Shown piece by piece: positions 1 through 8,526 of a stretch of DNA of 57,276 bases. The notes under the pieces were generated by a model. It was not told where the DNA came from and ran no database searches. It saw nothing but the letters and a program-made list of their open reading frames with translations. Within the stretch, counting starts at the first letter, position 1. Each line of letters begins with the position of its first letter. Source of the stretch: an uncultured Rhizobiaceae group bacterium (GTDB lineage: Bacteria > Pseudomonadota > Alphaproteobacteria > Rhizobiales > Rhizobiaceae); assembly GCA_937951645.1 (NCBI GenBank), contig CALFBM010000051.1:1-57276 (forward strand), in the 5' to 3' direction. Made by a program: the position numbers and the translations under genes.

Positions 1-335
1 TGCGTGAAGGCTTTGCTAAAATCACTCAACTCACCTCAAAAGAACGCGTTGCAGTATTCATGCATGAAGGAAAGCTATCGGCAATATCAAATGCCTGCGC
101 TCACCAGAATGGTCCGCTTGGAGAAGGTAAAATTATCAACTGCCTCGTAACCTGCCCTTGGCATGGATTTCAATACGATGTCACGAATGGCTCATCACCC
201 GCCCCGTTTACTGAAAAAGTTCCGACCTATAATCTGAAAATTGAGGGCACTTCAGTTTTGGTCAATCGCAAGGCAAACGCACCCGGCACATTTGTTGAGC
301 CTTTGACTGCAGACATTACAGGAGCGACATCATAA
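1..335 (+). CDS. Rieske [2Fe-2S] domain protein, 5' end outside the window
   Basis: The frame is open from the window edge (REGFAKITQLTSKERVAVF precedes the first Met at 60). The two Rieske boxes CAHQNGPL and CPWHGFQY are present. Stop TAA is at 333-335. Starting at Met 60 would put the first Cys-x-His only 14 residues in, too short for the fold. Confidence 0.8.
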   Translation, partial: REGFAKITQLTSKERVAVFMHEGKLSAISNACAHQNGPLGEGKIINCLVTCPWHGFQYDVTNGSSPAPFTEKVPTYNLKIEGTSVLVNRKANAPGTFVEPLTADITGATS

Positions 336-1096
336 TGAGTGAGAACAAAACACCATTTTTTGTTGGGTACTTGGACATTCCCAAAGCGCTAAAGGCTTTC
401 TTGTTAAAAGTCGCATTGCTGGTTTTTGCAGGCTTTACAGTGGGTGCAGTCCTTGCAGGTGCATCGCAAGATGATCCGGGTCAGGCAGGCTTTAGGTTTG
501 ATTACGGCAGACAAACACTTGTGGGTATTTTAGAAACAAAACCCTATCCATTGCTCTATATCACACAAGGAAATGACCGCGTTAAGGCGGGGCATACCAT
601 GATGCTTTCAGGTCAGGGGAAAACCCCTATAATGGCTAATCTCGCCTCATTTGAAGGAAATGAGGTCAAGGTATCTGGCATAATACTGAAACGCGGCGAA
701 TTAGACATGCTACAAGTGGCTGGCGGTGGCAAAGGCGTCGAAAGCTTATCCGGCAAAGGCAAGATTCCAGTCAGTAAACCCATTGGTAAATGGAAATTGC
801 AAGGTGAAATCTGCGATGGAAAATGCCTCGCTGGTGCCATGAACCCGGGACGTGGCCTTGCCCACAAGGCGTGTGCCAACCTCTGTTTACTTGCTGATAT
901 TCCACCTGTTTTTGTTTCAACAAACCGCATAGAAAATCAGGAATATTTATTAGTGGCAGGCTCTGATGGTGGTCCCTTTCCAAGAGAGTTATACAATTAT
1001 GTCGGGCAGTTTTTGGAGTTGGAAGCTGATATTGAAAAACGAGGTGACTTATTGGTTTTGAAAGTTGATCCAACCAAAATTAAGGTAATCGAGTGA
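335..1096 (+). CDS. Hypothetical membrane-anchored protein with a Cys-rich soluble domain
   Basis: The ATG overlaps the upstream stop (TAATG). There is one N-terminal TM helix (LLKVALLVFAGFTVGAVLAG). The soluble part carries CDGKC and CANLC. No family recognised. Confidence 0.6.
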   Translation: MSENKTPFFVGYLDIPKALKAFLLKVALLVFAGFTVGAVLAGASQDDPGQAGFRFDYGRQTLVGILETKPYPLLYITQGNDRVKAGHTMMLSGQGKTPIMANLASFEGNEVKVSGIILKRGELDMLQVAGGGKGVESLSGKGKIPVSKPIGKWKLQGEICDGKCLAGAMNPGRGLAHKACANLCLLADIPPVFVSTNRIENQEYLLVAGSDGGPFPRELYNYVGQFLELEADIEKRGDLLVLKVDPTKIKVIE

Positions 1097-1353
1097 AAAA
1101 GCTGATCTACCTCACAATCGTTGCCGCAACCGGGTTTGTACTTTTATACATCTCACGCTTTTGGCTGTTCAGCCTTTGGGACAGACCAGGCTTGTTTGAT
1201 ATTAAAGCCCTTCCCCCACAAGGTGGATTATTACGTTCTTGGCTAAGAGGCACTGATTTTGTACCATTTGAATTGATGATTTGGGCAATATGCGGGTTTC
1301 TGATTTTAACCGCTCTGGAAAAAATCTTTGATTGGTTCAAAAGACAACTCTGA
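1093..1353 (+). CDS. Small hypothetical membrane protein (86 aa)
   Basis: The GTG start overlaps the upstream stop (GTGA). Two hydrophobic helices (LIYLTIVAATGFVLLYI, LMIWAICGFLILTAL). No family recognised. Confidence 0.5.
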   Translation: MKKLIYLTIVAATGFVLLYISRFWLFSLWDRPGLFDIKALPPQGGLLRSWLRGTDFVPFELMIWAICGFLILTALEKIFDWFKRQL

Positions 1354-1487
1354 AATAACAGGTTTCTTTCAAAAATCAGGTTAGTAATTTTTTGTTTACC
1401 CATAAACTTTTACGTTCACGTAAATATTGCATTTTTTCAGTGAATGATTATACCTTTGCAAAATAATTTTTAATGTGGAGATATCTA

Positions 1488-1784
1488 ATGAGTCTGGATT
1501 CAGCAGTAGAAGCAATTGGCGCAAAAGTAAGTGGCGGAAGCAGCATTGGCGCAACCATAAAATTTGATTGTGGCGATGATGGTTGTGTATTCATTGATGG
1601 CAATGCAACACCACCAACTGTTTCAACAGAAAATGCAGATGCAGATTGCACAATTGTTTGCGATAAAGATGTTTTGGAATCACTCATAGCAGGTGACCTA
1701 GACCCGACAGCTGCTTTCATGCAAGGTAAGATCAAGGTTGAAGGCGACATGGGCGTTGCCATGAAGTTAAGTTCAATCTTGTAA
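1488..1784 (+). CDS. SCP2 sterol-carrier-like domain protein
   Basis: C-terminal signature ...LIAGDLDPTAAFMQGKIKVEGDMGVAMKL is typical of SCP-2. The ATG at 1488 has GGAG 8 nt upstream, so I prefer it to the track start at 1473. Confidence 0.75.
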   Translation: MSLDSAVEAIGAKVSGGSSIGATIKFDCGDDGCVFIDGNATPPTVSTENADADCTIVCDKDVLESLIAGDLDPTAAFMQGKIKVEGDMGVAMKLSSIL

Positions 1785-1814
1785 TCAAATCATATTGCAT
1801 ATTGATTTTTAAAG

Positions 1815-1840
1815 GGACGGCAGACATGCTGTCCTTTTTT
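1815..1840 (+). terminator. Rho-independent terminator after the SCP2 gene
   Basis: GGACGGC (1815-1821) pairs with GCTGTCC (1828-1834), including one G-U pair. The loop is 6 nt and is followed by T6 (1835-1840). Confidence 0.7.
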
Positions 1841-1866
1841 ATTATTCCAAATTATGAGAGCAAAAA

Positions 1867-2835
1867 ATGGCTGACCACGGATATGAAGAAGGACGCTTGA
1901 ACTTACCCTTCGTTGGCTTTGCAACCTTCGGCAAAAAACCCACATGCGAAGATTGGGATGCAATCAATGCAGATGTTGCCATTCTTGGCGCACCTTTTGA
2001 TTTTGGCACCCAGTATCGCTCAGGCACAAGGTTTGGTCCTCGTTCAATACGTGAAGCATCCACCCTTTTTTCATTTGGCCACGCTGGCGCATACGACCAT
2101 GAAGATGATGCAATTTATCTGGGTGAAGATGTCAAGATTGTTGATATGGGTGATGCAGATATTGTCCATACAGACACCGAAAAAAGCCATGCCAATATTG
2201 AACAGGGTGTACGCAAGGCTTTAAAGGCCGGTGCAATACCCGTCGTACTCGGTGGAGATCACTCAGTTAATATTCCATGTATCCGCGCCTTTGATGATCA
2301 AGAACCTTTTCATCTGGTTCAAATTGATGCCCATCTTGACTTTGTGGACGAACGTCATGGCGTCAGACACGGGCATGGTAACCCGATGCGACGTGCCGCT
2401 GAAAAAGAGTACGTAACAGGCCTTTCACAAATCGGCATTCGCAATGTCTCATCAACCGCAAAAGAAGGGTATGATGACGCACGCAAAATGGGTTCCGACA
2501 TCATATCTGTGCGTCAGTTCAGGAAGCTGGGGGTTGAAGGCATGCTTGCACGTATTCCCAAAGGTGTTCGCTATTACGTTACAATAGATATTGATGGATT
2601 TGACCCATCCATCGCACCTGGTACAGGAACGCCAAGCCATGGTGGGTTTCTATATTACGAAGTCCTCGAACTACTTCAGGGTTTATCAAAAAGAGGAACA
2701 GTAATTGGCATGGATTTGGTAGAAGTCGCACCCGATTACGATTCCTCTGGTTCAACTTCTTTTCTTGCTGCTCAAGTTTTATTAAACTTTCTTGGTTTCA
2801 TATTTCACGAGCGTAAAAAGCAAGATTCGCTGTAA
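1867..2835 (+). CDS. Agmatinase / guanidino-acid hydrolase (arginase-ureohydrolase family)
   Basis: Mn-binding motifs of the arginase fold are present: GGDHSV, IDAHLDF, DIDGFDPS, GTPSHGG. Substrate (agmatine, guanidinobutyrate or guanidinopropionate) cannot be decided by eye. Confidence 0.85.
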   Translation: MADHGYEEGRLNLPFVGFATFGKKPTCEDWDAINADVAILGAPFDFGTQYRSGTRFGPRSIREASTLFSFGHAGAYDHEDDAIYLGEDVKIVDMGDADIVHTDTEKSHANIEQGVRKALKAGAIPVVLGGDHSVNIPCIRAFDDQEPFHLVQIDAHLDFVDERHGVRHGHGNPMRRAAEKEYVTGLSQIGIRNVSSTAKEGYDDARKMGSDIISVRQFRKLGVEGMLARIPKGVRYYVTIDIDGFDPSIAPGTGTPSHGGFLYYEVLELLQGLSKRGTVIGMDLVEVAPDYDSSGSTSFLAAQVLLNFLGFIFHERKKQDSL

Positions 2836-2984
2836 AATTAACTAAAACTGGAAAAAAGCCTGTCCAAAAATGAGACTTTTTGATTGACGTATTGATAACA
2901 ACCGTGTTTTTTAATAATTGGAAAAGATACGCTTAGACCAGAAAACAATTCAGGCACGCGTATACAGGGAGCAGTATAAATAAT

Positions 2985-4094
2985 ATGGCTGAAATCAAGT
3001 CTGCCACTGAAGCGTCTTATGTCCGCTTTGAAAATGTCCAGAAAAGCTATGATGGTGAGGTTCTTGTTGTTAAGGACTTAAACCTTGATATTCAAAAGGG
3101 CGAATTCGTAACCATGCTTGGGCCATCTGGGTCTGGTAAAACAACTTGCCTCATGATGCTTGCTGGGTTTGAACCTGCTACACATGGTGAAATCTTTTTG
3201 GATGATCGCCCGATCAATATGGTGCCACCGCACAAGCGCGGTATTGGCATGGTATTTCAAAACTATGCACTTTTTCCGCACATGACGGTCGCTGAAAACC
3301 TTGCCTTTCCTCTTCAGGTACGCGGCATGAGCCGTTCTGATCAGGAAGATCGTGTAAGGCGCGTCCTTGAAATGGTTGAACTCCCACAAATGGCAGATCG
3401 TCGTCCGGCGCAATTGTCAGGTGGACAACAACAACGTGTGGCTGTTGCACGTGCATTGGTATTTGAACCTGATCTTGTATTGATGGATGAGCCTCTGGGC
3501 GCACTAGACAAGCAATTGCGCGAGCAAATGCAGTATGAAATTAAACACATCCATGAAAATCTGGGTGTAACAGTTGTATACGTCACCCATGACCAAACTG
3601 AAGCACTTACCATGTCTGACCGGGTTGCAGTTTTTGAAGATGGCGTCATTCAACAGTTATCATCACCTGAAAGTCTTTATGAAGATCCGCAAAACTCGTT
3701 CGTTGCACAGTTCATTGGCGAAAACAACAAGCTGAATGGTGTTGTTGAAAAGATTGCCAAAGGCATCTGCCAGGTTCGTACCGATGATGGAACACTGCTT
3801 TATGCAGAAAAGGTAAACGTGGACGGAGTTGGTGACAAGACAACTATTTCACTAAGACCGGAGCGCATAGAAATTGACCCGCCAAAAGGCACAAAAAATG
3901 TGATAACAGGTCGTATTGAAGAATTGATCTATTTGGGCGATCATATTCGTGTTCGAATGAATGTTGCTGGAAATAAAGAATTTATTGTCAAGGTACGTAA
4001 CAGAGCTGACAGGCGTCCCCTTAAAGAGGGACAGGACACAAAAATCGGCTGGCTTGCAGTTGACTGCAAGGCACTGGATTACGTCGGGCAATAA
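2985..4094 (+). CDS. ABC transporter ATP-binding protein, PotA-like with a C-terminal TOBE-type domain
   Basis: Walker A GPSGSGKT, signature LSGGQQQR, Walker B LVLMDEPL, H-loop YVTHD. Confidence 0.9.
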   Translation: MAEIKSATEASYVRFENVQKSYDGEVLVVKDLNLDIQKGEFVTMLGPSGSGKTTCLMMLAGFEPATHGEIFLDDRPINMVPPHKRGIGMVFQNYALFPHMTVAENLAFPLQVRGMSRSDQEDRVRRVLEMVELPQMADRRPAQLSGGQQQRVAVARALVFEPDLVLMDEPLGALDKQLREQMQYEIKHIHENLGVTVVYVTHDQTEALTMSDRVAVFEDGVIQQLSSPESLYEDPQNSFVAQFIGENNKLNGVVEKIAKGICQVRTDDGTLLYAEKVNVDGVGDKTTISLRPERIEIDPPKGTKNVITGRIEELIYLGDHIRVRMNVAGNKEFIVKVRNRADRRPLKEGQDTKIGWLAVDCKALDYVGQ

Positions 4095-4102
4095 TAGAAA
4101 TT

Positions 4103-4131
4103 CGTACTCTTTGTTTCACTTGAAGAGTACG
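4103..4131 (+). promoter_or_regulatory. Intercistronic stem-loop between the ATPase and binding-protein genes
   Basis: CGTACTCTT (4103-4111) is the exact reverse complement of AAGAGTACG (4123-4131). No U-tract follows. Confidence 0.5.
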
Positions 4132-4182
4132 TGATCAGATGTTCAGGTAAAACCGAGCATAAAACCAAAGGGAGAGAGTAAA

Positions 4183-5268
4183 ATGAAACTCACAAAACTA
4201 CTTGCAGGCACGGCAATCAGCCTTGCTATCGCATCAGGGTCTACAGCAGCTATTGCCAAAGACCTGACAGTCGTATCTTGGGGCGGTGCTTACACCAAGT
4301 CTCAGGTTGAAGCTTACCACAAGCCTTACATTGCCAAGACTGGTACAAACATCAAGTCTGAAGACTACAATGGCGGCATCGCTGAGATTAAAGCTCAGGT
4401 TGAAGCTGGTAATGTAACCTGGGATATCGTTGATGTTGAACTATCAGACGCTATCCGCGCATGTGATGAAGGCCTGTTGGAAACAATTGACCATTCAACA
4501 CTACCTGCTGGTGCAGATGGCAAACCAGCTACGGAAGATTTCCTTCCAGGCACACTTTATGATTGCGCAGTAGCAAACATCGTATGGTCAACAATCTTTG
4601 CATACGACAAGTCTAAAATGGCTGATGGTCCAAAGACCATGGCTGATTTCTTCGACACAGCAAAATTCCCTGGCAAGCGTGGCCTTCGTAAAGGCGCTAA
4701 AGTAAACCTTGAGTTCGCTCTAATGGCTGACGGCGTTGCTGCTAAAGATGTTTATTCAGTTCTAGAAACACCAGAAGGTGTTGATCGTGCATTTGCCAAA
4801 CTAGACACCATTAAAGGTGATGTCGTTTGGTGGGAAGCTGGTGCTCAGCCTCCACAAATGCTTGCGGATGGCGAAGTAGCTCTTACAACAGCTTATAACG
4901 GCCGTATCTTCAACGCTGTTGCAGGCGAAGGCAAGCCGTTTGAAATCGTTTGGGATGGTCAGGTTTGGGACTTGGATCTTTGGGTAATTCCAAAAGGTGC
5001 CAAAAACAAAGAGACGGCTCTGGACTTCCTGGCATTCTCAACATCTACTGAGCAGTTGGCTGCACAGGCTTCATACATCTCGTATGGCCCGGCACGTGCC
5101 TCTTCATCGCCGCTAGTGGGCAAATTCCACAATGCAGACATTGATATGGGTCCACAAATGCCAACAAACCCGGCTAACCTGACAAATGCTGTACAGAACA
5201 ACTTTGAGTTCTGGGCAGACAATGCAGACCAGCTGAATGAGCGTTTCAACGCCTGGTTGGCAAAATAA
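4183..5268 (+). CDS. Periplasmic solute-binding protein, PotD/PotF-like
   Basis: Signal peptide ends ...STAAIAKD. The protein has PotD/PotF-like length and N-terminal pattern (LTVVSWGGAY...). It sits in an operon with an ATPase and two permeases. Confidence 0.85.
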   Translation: MKLTKLLAGTAISLAIASGSTAAIAKDLTVVSWGGAYTKSQVEAYHKPYIAKTGTNIKSEDYNGGIAEIKAQVEAGNVTWDIVDVELSDAIRACDEGLLETIDHSTLPAGADGKPATEDFLPGTLYDCAVANIVWSTIFAYDKSKMADGPKTMADFFDTAKFPGKRGLRKGAKVNLEFALMADGVAAKDVYSVLETPEGVDRAFAKLDTIKGDVVWWEAGAQPPQMLADGEVALTTAYNGRIFNAVAGEGKPFEIVWDGQVWDLDLWVIPKGAKNKETALDFLAFSTSTEQLAAQASYISYGPARASSSPLVGKFHNADIDMGPQMPTNPANLTNAVQNNFEFWADNADQLNERFNAWLAK

Positions 5269-5281
5269 GTCCTAAAACGTC

Positions 5282-5312
5282 AAGTGCGGGATTTAGGTCC
5301 CGCACTTATTTT
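5282..5312 (+). terminator. Intra-operon stem-loop / attenuating terminator after the binding-protein gene
   Basis: Perfect 10-bp stem: AAGTGCGGGA (5282-5291) with TCCCGCACTT (5298-5307). The loop is 6 nt, followed by ATTTT. Confidence 0.6.
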
Positions 5313-5382
5313 ACAAAAACTTTTACAAAAACAAAGAATTCAAAAGTCGCTTTAATCAGCTGACTACCAGTGGGGAATAAAG

Positions 5383-6699
5383 ATGAGCGACACAGCCATC
5401 AACACAATGGGAAATAAAGCGCAGAACCTTGCAGCTGACAATGCCCCGTTGATTGCCGCAGACGGCACTCCGCTAAAGCAAAAACTTGCAAAAACAACCA
5501 GGACCATGAAAACGAGAGCATTTCTGCTCACCATGCCACTCGTGTTGTTTATTATTATTTCATTTGTCATTCCAATTGGCCAAATGTTGCATCGCGGATT
5601 TTATAACCCGGCTGTGAGCAATGTGATGCCAAATTTCTCAGTCGCAATTAAAGACTGGGATGAGACAACAGGCGAATTGCCACCGGAAGAAATCTTTGAA
5701 ATTTTTGTCAAAGACATGACACTTGCAAGAAAGAACCGTGAAGTTGGAAAAACCATTGGCAATATGGCCACTCGCATCAATTACGAAATGCCCGGCTCCA
5801 GAAGTCTGTTTACCAAATCAGCACGAAAAGCAGGTAAGATTACGCAAGGCCCTTACAAGGAAGCGCTCCTTGCGATTGATAAAAAATGGGATAATCATGC
5901 CCTTTGGAGAACAATAAAACGCGCCTCCAATGATTACACATTATCCTTTTTCCTTGCTGCCTTGGACATGAAATATAATGAGAACGGTGAGATCACTCGA
6001 GCTGATCCACTCTATCAAATCTACATTCCAATCCTGATGAAGACACTTTTTTTATCAGCTCTTATAACTGCGATTTGTTTTGTAATTGCCTATCCGGTTG
6101 CATATCTCTTGTCGACGTTACCGCTACGCACTTCAAACTTGCTTATGATTCTTGTGCTTCTTCCATTTTGGACATCCTTGCTTGTGCGCACATCTGCGTG
6201 GATTGCAATGCTGCAACAACAAGGCATCATCAATAATATTTTTGTCTTCCTGGGTTTGCTCGAAGACGAATCCCGTATCCAGATGATTTACAATCAAACT
6301 GGTACAATTATTTCCATGGTACATATTTTATTACCATTCATGATCCTTCCACTTTACTCAGTGATGAAAACCATACCACCAAGCTATATGCGTGCTGCCA
6401 AATCCATGGGCGCTACAAACAGTTATGCTTTTAGACGTGTATACTTCCCGCAAACGATTCCGGGCATAGCTGCCGGGACACTGCTCGTCTTCATTCTGGC
6501 GATTGGCTATTACATCACCCCTGCCCTTGTGGGTGGTAGCGATGGCCTGTTCATCTCTAACTTGATTGCCGATCATATCAAGAAAACATTGAACTGGAGT
6601 CTTGGCTCTGCCCTTGCAGCAATTCTCCTTGTAATCGTTATGATTTTCTATTGGATGTACAACAAGCTTGTTGGCGTAGATAAATTGAAGTTCGGATAA
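5383..6699 (+). CDS. ABC transporter permease (PotB-like, with a long loop after TM1)
   Basis: Multiple TM helices. EAA-type loop AAKSMGATNSYAFRRVYFPQTIPG. Confidence 0.85.
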   Translation: MSDTAINTMGNKAQNLAADNAPLIAADGTPLKQKLAKTTRTMKTRAFLLTMPLVLFIIISFVIPIGQMLHRGFYNPAVSNVMPNFSVAIKDWDETTGELPPEEIFEIFVKDMTLARKNREVGKTIGNMATRINYEMPGSRSLFTKSARKAGKITQGPYKEALLAIDKKWDNHALWRTIKRASNDYTLSFFLAALDMKYNENGEITRADPLYQIYIPILMKTLFLSALITAICFVIAYPVAYLLSTLPLRTSNLLMILVLLPFWTSLLVRTSAWIAMLQQQGIINNIFVFLGLLEDESRIQMIYNQTGTIISMVHILLPFMILPLYSVMKTIPPSYMRAAKSMGATNSYAFRRVYFPQTIPGIAAGTLLVFILAIGYYITPALVGGSDGLFISNLIADHIKKTLNWSLGSALAAILLVIVMIFYWMYNKLVGVDKLKFG

Positions 6700-6703
6700 A
6701 GTC

Positions 6704-7789
6704 ATGAGCACAATACCAATGACCAAAGAACAAAAATTTCACAGTAACCTAGGCCTGGGCGCCTTGTTGCTGGCAACAGTAGCGTTCTTTTTCTTAACAG
6801 GGTCATTTGCTGGCACGATTGGGTTCTTCCTTATTTTTGGCATTCCATTTTTTGCCATGGGCCAACTTCCAGGTTACGCAACAATCAAAGATAAAGTCGG
6901 GAAATATATATTCCTTACAGTTTGCACATTAATTTTCATCTTCCTGATCACGCCAATCCTCATCATAATTCCACTCTCGTTTAACGCTGAGCCTTATTTC
7001 ACCTTCACAGAGGGCATGTTGAATCTTGAAGCAAGCGCCTACTCAAGCAGATGGTATGCGGACATCTTCCGCTTTGGCATGACCGCACCTGATGGAACAG
7101 AAAACTGGTGGAGTGATATGTGGAATAATGCCACCTGGATTAGAGCCACCAGAAACTCGTTTTTCATCGCAATCTTTGCAACACTTCTTGCGACCTTCTT
7201 TGGAACACTTGCAGCATTGGGGCTTTCGCGCCCTGAAATGCCTTACCGCGCGCAAATTACAAGCCTGCTGATTTCACCAATGATCGTACCTTTGGTAATC
7301 ACTGCAACAGGCATGTTCTTCTTCTTTGCTCAAAAGGACATTTTCCCGTTCTTCCCGGAGAGTTTGGTAAACACATATACAGGCCTGATTTTAGCTCATG
7401 CAACGCTCGGTGTCCCTTTTGTCATCATAACCGTGACAGCCACCCTTTCAGGATTTGACCGTTCATTAATCCGTGCCTCTCAAGGCTTGGGCGCAACAGG
7501 CTGGACAACCTTTAGAAAAGTCATCATGCCATTGATTACGCCTGGCATGATTTCTGGCGCACTGTTCGCCTTCATCACATCGTTTGATGAAGTGGTGGCC
7601 GTAATCTTCCTGGCGGATGTAGACCAGCGTACAATTCCGCGCCAGATGTTCTCTGGCCTGCGTGAACAGATCTCACCCACAATTTTGGCAGTTGCCACCA
7701 TTCTGGTTCTGATTTCAATCGCACTGCTGACAACATTGGAACTTCTGCGTCGTCGTTCAGAACGCCTTCGTGGTCTTTCACCTGGCTAA
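6704..7789 (+). CDS. ABC transporter permease (PotC-like)
   Basis: Multiple TM helices. EAA-type loop ASQGLGATGWTTFRKVIMPLITPG. Confidence 0.85.
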   Translation: MSTIPMTKEQKFHSNLGLGALLLATVAFFFLTGSFAGTIGFFLIFGIPFFAMGQLPGYATIKDKVGKYIFLTVCTLIFIFLITPILIIIPLSFNAEPYFTFTEGMLNLEASAYSSRWYADIFRFGMTAPDGTENWWSDMWNNATWIRATRNSFFIAIFATLLATFFGTLAALGLSRPEMPYRAQITSLLISPMIVPLVITATGMFFFFAQKDIFPFFPESLVNTYTGLILAHATLGVPFVIITVTATLSGFDRSLIRASQGLGATGWTTFRKVIMPLITPGMISGALFAFITSFDEVVAVIFLADVDQRTIPRQMFSGLREQISPTILAVATILVLISIALLTTLELLRRRSERLRGLSPG

Positions 7790-8526
7790 TGCCAAACAAG
7801 ATTGAACAGTTTCGCAAACTCATAGACGGAGCAAAAAATATCGTCATCTTGACAGGAGCAGGTATATCAACAGAATCTGGTGTTCCTGATTTCAGATCAC
7901 CTGGGGGTCTTTGGGAACAATTTCGTATTGTACAATACGACGAATACATTGAAAGCGAAGAAGCCCGCATAGAAGACTGGCATCGCCGCTTTTTCATGGC
8001 AGACCAAATAGGCCAGGTAGAACCCAACATCGGTCACACAAAAATTGCCGAATGGATGAACGCTGGCAAATGCAAACACCTGATTACCCAAAACGTCGAT
8101 GGCCTGCATTTGCGTGGTGGTGCACCACATGACCAAACCATAGAAATTCATGGCAATGCCACTACGGCATCTTGCATCTCATGCGGGGAACACCATTCAA
8201 TAGAACTTTGCCGCACGCTCTTTGAGGCAACTGGTGAAAGCCCCAAGTGCCAATCATGCGATGGCTTGGTCAAGGCTGATATCGTTATGTTCGGCGAGAA
8301 AATGCCCGTAAAGAAAACAGCAGAAGCATTCAAGATTGCAGAGACGGCAGACTTGTTTATTGCGATTGGAACATCTCTTGTCGTTAACCCGGCTGCAGGC
8401 TTACCCCTTCATGCAAAACACAATGACGCAAAATTCATAATCCTCAATCGAGACCCAACAGAGTTGGACCAGTTTGCAGATTGTGTAGTAAATAGTGAAA
8501 TTGGTGACGTTATGAAAGCATTTTAA
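7789..8526 (+). CDS. cobB: NAD-dependent protein deacylase, Sir2 family
   Basis: GAGISTESGVPDFRS, QNVDGLH, catalytic His in EIHGN, Zn ribbon CISCG...CQSCDG. The ATG overlaps the permease stop (TAATG). Confidence 0.85.
   Translation: MPNKIEQFRKLIDGAKNIVILTGAGISTESGVPDFRSPGGLWEQFRIVQYDEYIESEEARIEDWHRRFFMADQIGQVEPNIGHTKIAEWMNAGKCKHLITQNVDGLHLRGGAPHDQTIEIHGNATTASCISCGEHHSIELCRTLFEATGESPKCQSCDGLVKADIVMFGEKMPVKKTAEAFKIAETADLFIAIGTSLVVNPAAGLPLHAKHNDAKFIILNRDPTELDQFADCVVNSEIGDVMKAF

Noticed and set aside
613-8333. Numerous 60-150-aa antisense or out-of-frame ORFs (for example 613-930, 771-1073, 3078-3649, 6358-6726, 7575-8030, 7897-8333)
   Set aside because: All lie inside longer ORFs that carry clear family motifs, and they show no motifs of their own. 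The same applies to similar nested ORFs across the rest of the window.
7789-8526. The Sir2-domain gene as an anti-phage effector (Thoeris/DSR/SIR2-HerA type)
   Set aside because: It is a compact 245-aa sirtuin with an intact CobB-type Zn ribbon and catalytic His. It has no fused sensor domain and no partner defence gene. It is coupled to a metabolic transporter operon.
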